This document shows positions 8,097 to 17,300 of a stretch of 17,664 nt of DNA, one piece after another. This DNA is from Candidatus Krumholzibacteriia bacterium (lineage in GTDB: Bacteria > Krumholzibacteriota > Krumholzibacteriia > LZORAL124-64-63): contig JAWOID010000040.1 in the NCBI GenBank assembly GCA_046484865.1, forward strand, positions 1 to 17,664, read 5' to 3'. The translations under genes were made by a program, and so were the position numbers. The notes under the pieces are model-generated. The model did no database searches. It worked only from the letters and a program-made list of their open reading frames with translations, and was not told where the DNA came from. Position 1 is the stretch's first letter. Each line of letters starts with the position of its first letter.

Positions 8097-8123
8097 CGCA
8101 GGAATCATCCGGAAAGGTGAGCC

Positions 8124-9434
8124 GTGGCAGCGGTCGTCGGCATCCGCCGCGAGGACAAGAACCAGTGGGAACGGCGCGTGCCGCTGACGCCCGCGGACGT
8201 GGCCGCCCTCGTGCGCGAGCACGGCCTGCGGTTCCAGGTGGAGGCGTCGCCCATCCGTGTTTTCGCCGACGCCGACTACCGGCAGGCGGGGGCGGAGGTG
8301 ACCACCGACATCGGCGCCGCCGACGTGGTGCTCGCGGTGAAGGAGATACCCAGCCACCTGCTGCAGCGGGAACGGGTGTACGTCTATTTCGCGCACGTGA
8401 TCAAGGGCCAGTCGTACAACATGCCGATGCTGGCGCACCTGCTCGATCTGCGCGCCACCCTGCTCGACTACGAGAAGATCACCGACGACACCGGCCGGCG
8501 CCTGATCTTCTTCAGCGTGCACGCGGGCTACGCCGGCACCATCGACACGCTGTGGGCTCTCGGCCGGCGGCTGAAGACGCTAGGGCGCACCACGCCCTTG
8601 CTCGAGATCCGGCGGGCATTCGAGTACGCGAGCCTGGCCGAAGCGCGCGGACACCTGGTATCCGTGGGGGACCGGCTGCGGAGCGACGGCCTGGGCGCGG
8701 AGAGGCCACTGGTGATCGGCATCGCCGGTTACGGCAACGTGGCTCGCGGCTGTCACGAGATCCTCGCGCAGATCCCCGCTCCGGCGGTCACGCCCGCCGC
8801 GCTGCTGCGAGGGGAACTGCCCGACGCGCCGCTCGTGAAGGTGGAGTTTCGCGAGGAACACATGGCGGAGCCCCTGGCGCCCGGTGCGGCGTTCGACCTG
8901 CAGGAGTACTACCAGCATCCCGAGCGCTATCGCGGCGTGTTCGAGACCTACCTCCCGCACCTGGACGTCCTGCTCAACACCATCTACTGGGAGCCCCGCT
9001 ACCCCCGGCTGGTCGCCAGCGAATGGGCGCGGCGGACCTACGGCGCCGGACGCCGGCCCCGGCTGCAGGTGATCGGCGACATCTCGTGCGACATCGAGGG
9101 CGCCGTGGAACTGACGGTCACCGCCACCATGCCCGACGAGCCGTGCTACGTGTGGGATCCGCCTACCGGTCGGCCGGAGTTCGGCTGCGAGGGAGACGGG
9201 CCGGTGATCATGGCGGTGGACAACCTGCCGTGCGAGTTGCCGCGTGAATCGAGCGAGTACTTCTCGGCGGTCCTGCGCGACCTGGTGCCGTCGCTGGCGG
9301 CCTGCGACTTCGCCCGTCCCTTCGGCGAACTCGACCTGCCGGGACCGCTGCATCGCGCAGTGATCTGTCATCGCGGCGAGCTGGCTCCCCGCTATCGCTA
9401 CCTCGAAGCGTTTCTGCAGCGCAGCCGCGCCTGA
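8124..9434 (+). CDS. Lysine-ketoglutarate reductase (LKR; AASS N-terminal-like, AlaDh/PNT fold)
   Basis: GIRREDKNQWERRVPLTP, FAHVIKGQ, LLDYEKI, GYGNVARG, IGDISCD and MAVDNLPCELPRESSEYF match the LKR domain of eukaryotic AASS. GTG start with AAAGGTGA SD. Confidence 0.88.
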   Translation: MAAVVGIRREDKNQWERRVPLTPADVAALVREHGLRFQVEASPIRVFADADYRQAGAEVTTDIGAADVVLAVKEIPSHLLQRERVYVYFAHVIKGQSYNMPMLAHLLDLRATLLDYEKITDDTGRRLIFFSVHAGYAGTIDTLWALGRRLKTLGRTTPLLEIRRAFEYASLAEARGHLVSVGDRLRSDGLGAERPLVIGIAGYGNVARGCHEILAQIPAPAVTPAALLRGELPDAPLVKVEFREEHMAEPLAPGAAFDLQEYYQHPERYRGVFETYLPHLDVLLNTIYWEPRYPRLVASEWARRTYGAGRRPRLQVIGDISCDIEGAVELTVTATMPDEPCYVWDPPTGRPEFGCEGDGPVIMAVDNLPCELPRESSEYFSAVLRDLVPSLAACDFARPFGELDLPGPLHRAVICHRGELAPRYRYLEAFLQRSRA

Positions 9435-9447
9435 GAAGGGGGAACAC

Positions 9448-10779
9448 GTGGGCAGGATCCTGGTACTGGGCGCCGGCATGGTGGCGGGGCCGCTCGTGCA
9501 GTGGCTGCTGGCGAGAGGGCATGAGCTGACCGTCACCAGCCTGGTGCGCGAGGAGGCGGAGGCGCTGGTGGGCGGCCGGCCGGGCGGCACCGCGCTGGAA
9601 CTGGACCTGGGCGATCGGGAACGCCTGCGCGAACTGGTCGGCGGCAGCGACCTCGTGGTGAGCCTGGTCCCCTACGTCTTCCATCCCCGGATCGCCCGGC
9701 ACTGTCTGGATCAGGGCAAGCACCTGGTGACCGCCAGCTACGTCTCGCCTGAGATGAACGCGCTGGATGCGGCCGCGAGAGAGCGCGGCCTGGTCTTCCT
9801 GAACGAGCTGGGCCTCGATCCCGGCATCGACCACCTGAGTGCCATGCGGGTGATCGACCGCCTGCGCGAGCAGGGCGGCACGGTCGAGGAGTTCCGCTCC
9901 TGCTGCGGCGGCCTGCCGGCGCCCGAGGCGGTGGACAATCCCTTCGGCTACAAGTTCTCCTGGTCGCCCCGGGGCGTCCTGCTGGCCGGTCGCAATCCGG
10001 CCCGCTATCTGTCGGGCGGCGAGCTGCGCGAGGTACCCGCCGAGCGCCTGTTTCGGGACATGCGCCTGGTGCACGTGCCGGATGCCGGCGACTTCGAGGC
10101 CTACCCCAACCGCGATTCGCTCGTCTACCGCGACGTGTACGGCCTCGACCGCGCGCACACGATCTTCCGCGGCACCCTGCGCAACCTGGGCTGGTGCGAC
10201 ACCATGCATGGTTTCGCGCGGCTGGGGCTGCTGGACATGACGGAGCGGCCGGCGACCGGTCTGACCTGCGCCGATTACGTCCGCGAGCTGGCCGGCGCGG
10301 CGCCCGGCACCGATCCTCGCGCCGCCGCGGCGCGGGCGATGGTCGTGGCGGTGGAGTCGCTCCCGGTCTGGAACCTGGCCTGGCTGGGCCTGCTCGACGA
10401 GGCGCCGGTGGGGCAGGACGCGATCAGCCCGTTCGATCTGCTGGCCCGGTGCATGCAGGAGAAGCTATCCTTCGCTCCCGGGCAGCGGGACATGATCGTG
10501 CTCTTCCATCGCTTCGGCGCGCGCTTTCCCGACGGACGGCGCGTCGTCGCCACCTCCAGCCTCGTGGCCCGCGGCGACGAGCGCGCCAGTGCGATGGCGC
10601 GCACCGTGTCGCTGCCGGCGGCGCTGGGCGCCGATCTGATTCTCGGGGGCGACGTGCGGGCGCGGGGCGTCCTGCGCCCCGTGCTGCCGGAGATCTACCA
10701 TCCGCTGCTCGACGGTCTGGCCGAGCTGGGGATCGTCTGCCGCGAGGAGAGTCGCACGCTGGCGGCGAACCCGAGCTAG
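9448..10779 (+). CDS. Saccharopine dehydrogenase, L-glutamate-forming (Lys9/AASS C-terminal-like)
   Basis: ILVLGAGMVA (Rossmann), VTASYVSP, NELGLDPGIDHLSA, CGGLPAPE...NPFGYKFSWSPRGVL, FEAYPNRDS, RGTLR, SAMARTV. Confidence 0.92.
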   Translation: MGRILVLGAGMVAGPLVQWLLARGHELTVTSLVREEAEALVGGRPGGTALELDLGDRERLRELVGGSDLVVSLVPYVFHPRIARHCLDQGKHLVTASYVSPEMNALDAAARERGLVFLNELGLDPGIDHLSAMRVIDRLREQGGTVEEFRSCCGGLPAPEAVDNPFGYKFSWSPRGVLLAGRNPARYLSGGELREVPAERLFRDMRLVHVPDAGDFEAYPNRDSLVYRDVYGLDRAHTIFRGTLRNLGWCDTMHGFARLGLLDMTERPATGLTCADYVRELAGAAPGTDPRAAAARAMVVAVESLPVWNLAWLGLLDEAPVGQDAISPFDLLARCMQEKLSFAPGQRDMIVLFHRFGARFPDGRRVVATSSLVARGDERASAMARTVSLPAALGADLILGGDVRARGVLRPVLPEIYHPLLDGLAELGIVCREESRTLAANPS

Positions 10780-10904
10780 GGACCTTGCCGGCGGCCGGCT
10801 GCTGCGGGCGCACGGCGGCATGAAAAGGAAAAGTCAGGACCACCGACGCGCGGCGGAGCACCGCGGCGCCAGCAATCCCCCCGGGGGAGGAGGAGAGAAG
10901 AGCG

Positions 10905-12524
10905 ATGCCCACGCGCAAGACGGCCAGGGAGCAGCAGGACCGCAAGCGGACGACGAAGGTGAACGAGCCCGGCGGTCGCCAGACCGGCGGGCAGTGGACG
11001 AAGGCCCGCATCTTCCGCGCCCTCGGGCTGAGCGGCAAGATGGCGGGCTGTTCCACCGGCAGCGAGTGGTTCGCCGCCAGCGGCGACTGGCTCGAGTCCC
11101 GCAACCCCACCACCGGCGAGCTGCTGGCGCGCATCCAGCAGGCGAGCGCCGACGACTACGAGCGGATGATGGCCGCCGCGGGCGAGGCGTTCCTGCAGTG
11201 GCGAGCCCTGCCGGCGCCCAGGCGCGGCGAGGTGGTGCGGCAGATCGCGGTGGCACTGCGCGAGAAGAAGGACGCGCTGGCCGCGCTGGTGAGCCTCGAG
11301 ATGGGCAAGATCTTCACCGAGGGCCAGGGCGAGGTGCAGGAGATGATCGACATCTGCGACTTCGCCGTGGGGCTCAGCCGCAACCTCTCCGGGCCCACCC
11401 TGCAGAGCGAACGGCCCCGTCACCGGATGATGGAGCAGTGGCATCCTCTGGGTCCGGTGGGCGTGATCACCGCGTTCAACTTCCCGGTGGCGGTCTGGTC
11501 CTGGAACGGCGCTCTGGCCTGGGTGTGCGGCGACCCCGTCGTGTGGAAGCCGTCCAGCAAGACGCCGCTCTGCGCCGTGGCGTGCCAGAAGATCGCCTCG
11601 CAGGTGCTGGCGGCCAACGGACTGCCCGAGGGCATCTCGTGCCTCGTCGTCGGTCGCGGTTCGGTCATCGGCGAGCGGATGGTCGCCGACCACCGGTTGC
11701 CGCTCATCTCGGCGACCGGGTCCACCCGCATGGGCAAGCGGATCGGCGAGGTGGTCGGCGGTCGGCTCGGCCGCACCATCCTGGAGCTGGGCGGCAATAA
11801 CGCGATCATCGTCAGCGAGAAGGCCGACCTCACCCAGGCGCTCGCCGGCGCCTTCTTCGGCGCCGTGGGTACCGCCGGTCAGCGCTGCACGTCGACGCGC
11901 AGGCTCATCATCCACGAATCGGTCTACGATACCTTCGTCGGCAAGCTCGTGGCCAACTACCGGAAGGTGAAGATCGGCGACCCGCTGGCCCCCGAAACCC
12001 TCATGGGTCCCCTCATCGACGAGGGCGCCGTGAAGGACTACGAGGATGCGCTCGCTGCGGTCGCGGAGCAGGGCGGCAAGATCCTCTACGGCGGCAAGGC
12101 GCTGAAGCCGTTCGGCGCGAGGACCTTCGTGCAGCCCACGGTGGTGGAACTGGAGAACTCCGCGCCCATCGTCCAGACCGAGACGTTCGCCCCGATCCTG
12201 TACGTGATGAAGTACCGCACCCTCGACGAGGCCGTGGCCCTGCACAACGGCGTACCCCAGGGTTTGTCCTCCTCCGTCTACACCGACAGCATGCTCGAGG
12301 CCGAGCGGTTCATCGGTTTCGAGGGGAGCGACTGCGGCATCGCCAACGTGAACATCGGCACCTCGGGAGCGGAGATCGGCGGGGCGTTCGGCGGCGAGAA
12401 GGAGACTGGCGGTGGCCGCGAATCGGGCTCCGACTCCTGGAAGCTCTACATGCGGCGCCAGACGAACACCGTGAACTGGAGCGGCGAGGTGCACCTCGCC
12501 CAGGGAGTGGAGTTCCACCCCTAG
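10905..12524 (+). CDS. amaB: ALDH7/antiquitin-family alpha-aminoadipic semialdehyde (piperideine-6-carboxylate) dehydrogenase
   Basis: GEVQEMIDICDFAVGLSR, ITAFNFPVAV, LELGGNN (catalytic Glu), GTAGQRCT (catalytic Cys), ETFAPIL and NIGTSGAEIGGAFGGEKETGGGRESGSDSWK, an ALDH7 signature. Confidence 0.93.
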   Translation: MPTRKTAREQQDRKRTTKVNEPGGRQTGGQWTKARIFRALGLSGKMAGCSTGSEWFAASGDWLESRNPTTGELLARIQQASADDYERMMAAAGEAFLQWRALPAPRRGEVVRQIAVALREKKDALAALVSLEMGKIFTEGQGEVQEMIDICDFAVGLSRNLSGPTLQSERPRHRMMEQWHPLGPVGVITAFNFPVAVWSWNGALAWVCGDPVVWKPSSKTPLCAVACQKIASQVLAANGLPEGISCLVVGRGSVIGERMVADHRLPLISATGSTRMGKRIGEVVGGRLGRTILELGGNNAIIVSEKADLTQALAGAFFGAVGTAGQRCTSTRRLIIHESVYDTFVGKLVANYRKVKIGDPLAPETLMGPLIDEGAVKDYEDALAAVAEQGGKILYGGKALKPFGARTFVQPTVVELENSAPIVQTETFAPILYVMKYRTLDEAVALHNGVPQGLSSSVYTDSMLEAERFIGFEGSDCGIANVNIGTSGAEIGGAFGGEKETGGGRESGSDSWKLYMRRQTNTVNWSGEVHLAQGVEFHP

Positions 12525-12593
12525 CTCGCATGATTCAACGGCGTGCTGAGGCTGGTCCGATGCCCGCCAGAACACGCCTTCTCGGATCGAGAA

Positions 12594-12638
12594 AGCGCGA
12601 GGTCCATGGCCGAAGCATGGGCCTCGCGCTCGCTTTTC
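12594..12638 (+). terminator. Long hairpin between convergent genes, probable intrinsic terminator
   Basis: AGCGCGAGGTCCATG-GCCGAAG-CATGGGCCTCGCGCT (15 bp, one U.G), followed by CGCTTTTC. Confidence 0.6.
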
Positions 12639-12698
12639 CGCCCTCGCGCACGCGGGACATCGACGCCGCGACCCGTCGGCCGGCCGCCCTGCGCCAGC

Positions 12699-13154
12699 CT
12701 ACCGGTACAGCGACTTGACCGCGCCCCAGGTAGCCTCTTCCGACGACACCGTGCACTGCAGGTCCAGGTCGAAGCTGATCGTCTCCTCATCGATCCCGCT
12801 CGAATACGGCGCCACCAGGTGAAAGTCGCCGCGTGCCAGGAAGGCCGGACCAGAGAAAACGCCCTGCCAGATACCGTTGAACGTGTACATCATGTCCCGC
12901 GGATCGGTCGTCTCGCGGGTGATGAGCCCGGTCCAGGTATCCTCGAAGAGAACGTTCTCCGCGAGATCCAGCAGGCGGACCGAGTAGTCGAGGGTGCCCT
13001 CGTAGACGCCCGTGCGCCACGTCACGTCGAGGGTGGCATTCCAGCCGCTGCAGTCGGCCGCAGCGTCGATGCCGTTCAGGTGCGTGGCCGAGGCCGCCGC
13101 GGGCACCATGACGGCCATCAAGGTGATCAGGCCTAGCATTCTCAAGGTGTTCAT
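12699..13154 (-). CDS. Secreted hypothetical protein with C-terminal 'TWGxVKxLYR' motif
   Basis: 151 aa with signal peptide MNTLRMLGLITLMAVMVPAAASA, a beta-rich body with two Cys, and terminal SSEEATWGAVKSLYR*. Purine-rich SD region GGGAGGGAGAAGGAG. Confidence 0.85.
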   Translation of the reverse strand: MNTLRMLGLITLMAVMVPAAASATHLNGIDAAADCSGWNATLDVTWRTGVYEGTLDYSVRLLDLAENVLFEDTWTGLITRETTDPRDMMYTFNGIWQGVFSGPAFLARGDFHLVAPYSSGIDEETISFDLDLQCTVSSEEATWGAVKSLYR

Positions 13155-13234
13155 CTCCTTCTCCCTCCCGGGGCTGAAGGCTCCGGACCCCCCCGTGTCA
13201 CAGGGACAAGCTACCGGGAATCCGACCAGCCGCC

Positions 13235-13250
13235 AGCAGGGAATGCACCA
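13235..13250 (-). promoter_or_regulatory. Possible sigma54 -24/-12 site
   Basis: Minus strand TGGTGCATTCCCTGCT has GG-N10-GC spacing, about 80 nt upstream of the 13154 start. Confidence 0.3.
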
Positions 13251-13308
13251 ATGTCCTCTCGGCTCTCCTGTCGCAGCAGGGGCGAAAATCGCACCATCCG
13301 CTTGACGA

Positions 13309-13338
13309 ATTATACGATGTCCGCGTGCTGCGGCGCAA
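13309..13338 (-). promoter_or_regulatory. Putative sigma70 promoter for the secreted protein gene
   Basis: Minus strand TTGCGC(13338-13333)-N18-TATAAT(13314-13309); a perfect -10 box in very GC-rich DNA. Confidence 0.55.
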
Positions 13339-13545
13339 GCCCTCGCTGCAGCCGTCGCTGCAGGCGCGCATGGTCGTCAGCTCGCGCGGGAGCTCCGCCG
13401 TGCCGGGCGCGGGGCCTGCAAGAGCCGCGCCGAGGATGACAATCTCTTGCGAAATGTGCGCGCAATGCTTGTATGTCGGGCAGGGCACCACGACCCGGAT
13501 CTGCACCGGGTGGGGCCTGAACGAACCCGCACCGAGGAGAGAACC

Positions 13546-14208
13546 ATGAGAAGCCTGTTCGTCATCTTGCTGGTGGTGTGCGTGACGGTGGGACTCGCTG
13601 CCTGCGGCGGCACCAAGCAGAAGCAGGGTACGGTGGTGGGCGCCGGGGTGGGAGCGGCTGCTGGTGCGGTGGTCGGCAACGTGGCCGGCAACACGGCGGT
13701 CGGCGCGATCGTCGGCGCGGTGGTCGGTGGCGCGGCCGGAGCCCATATCGGCAAATACATGGACGAACAGGCGGCGGAGATGGAGCGCGATCTCGAGGGG
13801 GCCCGAATCGAACGCGTGGGCGAGGGGATCAGGGTGACCTTCGACTCCGGACTGCTGTTCGCCGTTGACCGCGCCGTGCTCGAGCCGCAGGCCGAGGCCA
13901 ACCTGCGCGACCTCGCCACGATCCTCGAGAAGTACGACGACACGAACATCCTGATCGAGGGCCACACCGACTCCACCGGCCCGGAGGCGTACAATCAGGA
14001 GCTGTCCGAGCGCCGCGCCGACGCCGTGGCGCACTACCTGGCGCAACTCGGGGTGGACAGCTCGCGCTTCAGCGTCGCCGGCTATGGCGAGATGCAGCCG
14101 GTGGCCAGCAACGCCACCGTTGCCGGACGCCAGGAGAATCGCCGGGTGGAACTGGCGATCATCGCCAACGACGAGTTGAAGGAGGTCGCCGAGAGGCGGG
14201 CGGGCTGA
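13546..14208 (+). CDS. OmpA-family lipoprotein with glycine zipper (YiaD-like)
   Basis: True start is ATG 13546 (SD GAGGAG). Lipobox LAAC, Gly-zipper GAGVGAAAGAVVG, and OmpA_C motifs IEGHTDSTG..YNQELSERRA..V, GYGE.QP and NRRVEL. Confidence 0.93.
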   Translation: MRSLFVILLVVCVTVGLAACGGTKQKQGTVVGAGVGAAAGAVVGNVAGNTAVGAIVGAVVGGAAGAHIGKYMDEQAAEMERDLEGARIERVGEGIRVTFDSGLLFAVDRAVLEPQAEANLRDLATILEKYDDTNILIEGHTDSTGPEAYNQELSERRADAVAHYLAQLGVDSSRFSVAGYGEMQPVASNATVAGRQENRRVELAIIANDELKEVAERRAG

Positions 14209-14227
14209 GCGGCGCGGGATCGTCTCG

Positions 14228-14270
14228 CCCGGGGCTGCGGGCGTCCGGCCGAGAGGCCTGCGGCCCCGGG
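14228..14270 (+). terminator. GC-rich hairpin downstream of the OmpA-family gene
   Basis: CCCGGGGCTGCGGGC(14228-14242) pairs with GCCTGCGGCCCCGGG(14256-14270): 15 bp with two G.U pairs that form only on the + strand RNA. No U-tract. Confidence 0.4.
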
Positions 14271-14343
14271 GTAGCGGCAGCGGGCGCGGCGGGCACCCTG
14301 ATTCCACTGGCCCATCGCGCCTGGATGCCTTAGCGTTCGCCCC

Positions 14344-17300
14344 ATGGATGATCTCTTCTTCGAGCAGATCCGCCATGGCCCCGACGAGCGCTTCCGCGGG
14401 TTCGGCCATCTCATGCCGTTCCGCGTCCAGGAGATCCTCCTGGTCAGTTCCCTGTACGACGCCTTCACCCTCGAGGAGGGCGGGCGTCTGACCGAGTTGC
14501 TGCTCAACGAGTACCGCGAGTTGAACCTCAGCTTCTCGCCGCACGTCACCCGGGTCGGCACCGGCGCGGAGGCGCTGCGGCTGAGCGAGGTGCGCCGGTT
14601 CGACATGGTGCTCGCCATGTCGCGGCTGGGGGACATGGACGTCTTCTTCCTCGCCCGGGAGTTGAAGAAGATCGATCCGGAACTGCCCGTCTTCACGCTC
14701 GCCTTCAACCCCCGCGAACTGACGCGCCTGCAGGAACGCAACGGGTCCAGGACCATCGACCGGTTCTTCCTGTGGAGCGGCGACGTCCGGCTGCTGCTGG
14801 CGATCATCAAGAGCTGCGAGGACCTGCGCAACGTCCATCACGACACCAGCAACGGCGGCGTGCGCACGATCCTGCTGATCGAGGACTCGGTGCGCTTCTT
14901 CTCGTCCTACCTCCCCATGCTCTACACCGAGGTGGTGGAGCAGACGCTCTCGTTGATGCAGGAGGGGCTGAATCTCAGCCACAAGCTGCTGCGCCTGCGA
15001 GCGCGGCCCAAGATCCTGCTGGCCACGGACTTCGAGGAGGCGTGGCTGTACTTCTCGGCCTACAAGGATTACCTGCTGGGCGTGATCAGCGACGGCAGCT
15101 TCCCCTGGAACGGAGACGTCCACCCGGATGCGGGACTGGAGTTCATCCGCCGGGTCAAGCAGGTGGACCCGCACACGCCGGCCGTGCTGCAATCATCCGA
15201 CTACGACCTGGCCGACGCGGCGGCGGAACTGGGAGCCGGTTTCATTCCCAAGGATTCGCCGCGGCTTCTGGACCACCTGCACGAGTTCATGCTGGAGAAT
15301 TTCGGGTTCGGCGACTTCGTCTTTCGCCTGCCCGACGGCCGCGAGGTGGGTCGCGCGGAGGATCTGCGCGGGCTCGTCGAGCAACTCCGGTTCATCCCCG
15401 ACGAGTCGATCCTGCGCCACGCCGCACACGACCACTTCTCCACCTGGCTGCGCGCTCGCACCGAGTTTCCGCTGGCCACGCGCCTGCGATCACGCAAGGT
15501 GAACGACTTCGGCGATGCCGGCGAGATCCGCGAGTATCTCATCGAGTCGGTGGAGCGGTTCCGCATCGAGGCGCAGCGCGGCATCGTCACCGACTTCTCG
15601 CCGCGGCTCTTCGACCGCAGCAGCGGCTTCGTGCGCATCGGCGGCGGCTCGCTCGGCGGCAAGGCCCGGGGGCTCGCCTTCATGAACTCCGTGCTCGACC
15701 GCTACGGTGTCGACGACCGGGTGGAAGGTGTGAGCATCCAGGTGCCGCCGACCGCCGTTCTGGGCACCGACGTCTTCGACGCCTTCCTCGACGGCAACGA
15801 CCTGCGCCAGCGCATGCTGGGCGACATGACCGACGGGCGCATCGTGGAGCTGTTTCTGGGCACGGCGAAGCTGCCGGCCGGCATCTACGACGATCTGCGC
15901 GCGTTCCTCGACGAGGTGCGCTACCCGCTGGCGGTTCGGTCGTCCTCGCTGCTGGAGGACAGCCAGTTCCAGCCCTTCGCCGGCGTCTACTCCACCTACA
16001 TGCTGGCGAACAACCATCCCGACCTGGACGTCCGGCTCGATCAGCTCTGCGACGCCATCAAGCTGGTCTACGCCTCCACCTTCTACCGTCGAGCCAGATC
16101 CTACCTCGAGGCGACCGGCAATCGCCTCGAGGAGGAGAAGATGGCCGTCATCATCCAGCAACTGGTGGGAGAAGAGTACGACGGGGTGTTCTACCCCCAT
16201 CTCGCCGGGGTGGCTCACTCCACGAACTTCTATCCCGCCGGTCCCATGCGGGCCGAGGACGGGGTGGCGGTCGTGGCGCTGGGAATGGGCCGGACGGTGG
16301 TGGAGGGCGGCAAGTGTCTGCACTTCTGCCCCGCTCTACCCGACATCCTGCCGCAGTTCGACAGCCCCGGCGACTGGCTCGCCTGCAGCCAGCGCGAGTT
16401 CTGGGCCATCGATGTCCGCCACCCCGAAGCGTATCCCACCGCCGAGGACTTCAACCTGCTGAAGCTGGATCTCGCCACGGCCGAGCGGCACGGCACGCTG
16501 GCGGCCGTGGGGTCGGTGTACTCGCCGGAGAGCGACCGCATCCACGACGGCCTCGATCACGAGGGCGTCCGGCTGGTGACCTTCGCCCAGGTGCTCAAAG
16601 CGAACGTGTTTCCGCTGACGAAGATCCTGCGCGGCCTGCTGGAACTCGGCCGGCGCACGATGAGCTCGCCCGTGGAGATCGAGTTCGCCGTGTCGCTCAG
16701 CGCCGACCCGCACCGGCCGCACCGGTTCGGGCTGCTGCAGATCCGGCCCCTGGCGGGCGATATCGCGGAGCCTGACGTGCCGCCGGAGCTGTTCGACAGC
16801 CGCCACGCCTTCATCTCCACTGCCGTGGCGCTCGGCAACGGACGCACCAGCGACATCTGCGACGTGGTCTACATCCCGCGGGAGCGGTTCGACCGGGACC
16901 GAACGCGGCAAATGGCAGCCGAGCTGGGCGAGCTCGACGGCGAGCTGGCCCGAGACGGGATCTCGTACCTGCTGCTCGGCGCAGGGCGACTGGGCAGCAG
17001 CGATCCGTGGCTGGGCGTGCCGGTGCGCTGGGACCAGATCGCGGCCGCGCGCGTGGTCGTCGAGACCGACCTGGACGATTTCAAGGTGACCCCCAGTCAG
17101 GGGTCGCACTTCTTCCAGAACCTCACCAGCTTCCGCGTGGGCTACCTCACGATCAACTCGGCCGACGCGCGCAGCCGCATCGACTGGGAGTGGCTCGACG
17201 CGCAGCCGGCGGTGCGCGAGGCGGAATTCCTGCGCCACGTGCGCCTGTCCTCTCCGCTGACGGTCCTGATCGACGGCCGCCGCAGCCGGGCCGTCGTGCT

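Noticed and set aside
8043..8123. Lysine riboswitch before the LKR gene
   Set aside because: The leader is only ~75 nt and lacks the AGAGGTGC 5' motif and five-helix architecture.
10776..12575. 599-aa antisense ORF, and similar long shadow ORFs (13198-15192 -, 14772-16775 +, 2751-4319 +, 5459-6721 -, 7284-8522 -)
   Set aside because: They overlap well-supported genes, lack recognisable motifs (the + frame ones are R/G/A/P-rich), and are expected from stop-codon scarcity in high-GC DNA.
12540..12595. Hammerhead ribozyme (CTGAGG...GAA flanked by stems)
   Set aside because: The core does not match CUGAnGA/GAAA and there is no correctly placed third stem.
13447..13477. sigma70 promoter for the OmpA-family gene (TTGCGA...TATGTC)
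   Set aside because: The spacer is 19 nt and the -10 is poor, too weak to call.
13630..13750. Repetitive GGT/GGC/GCG-rich DNA
   Set aside because: Explained by the glycine-zipper coding sequence of the OmpA-family lipoprotein.
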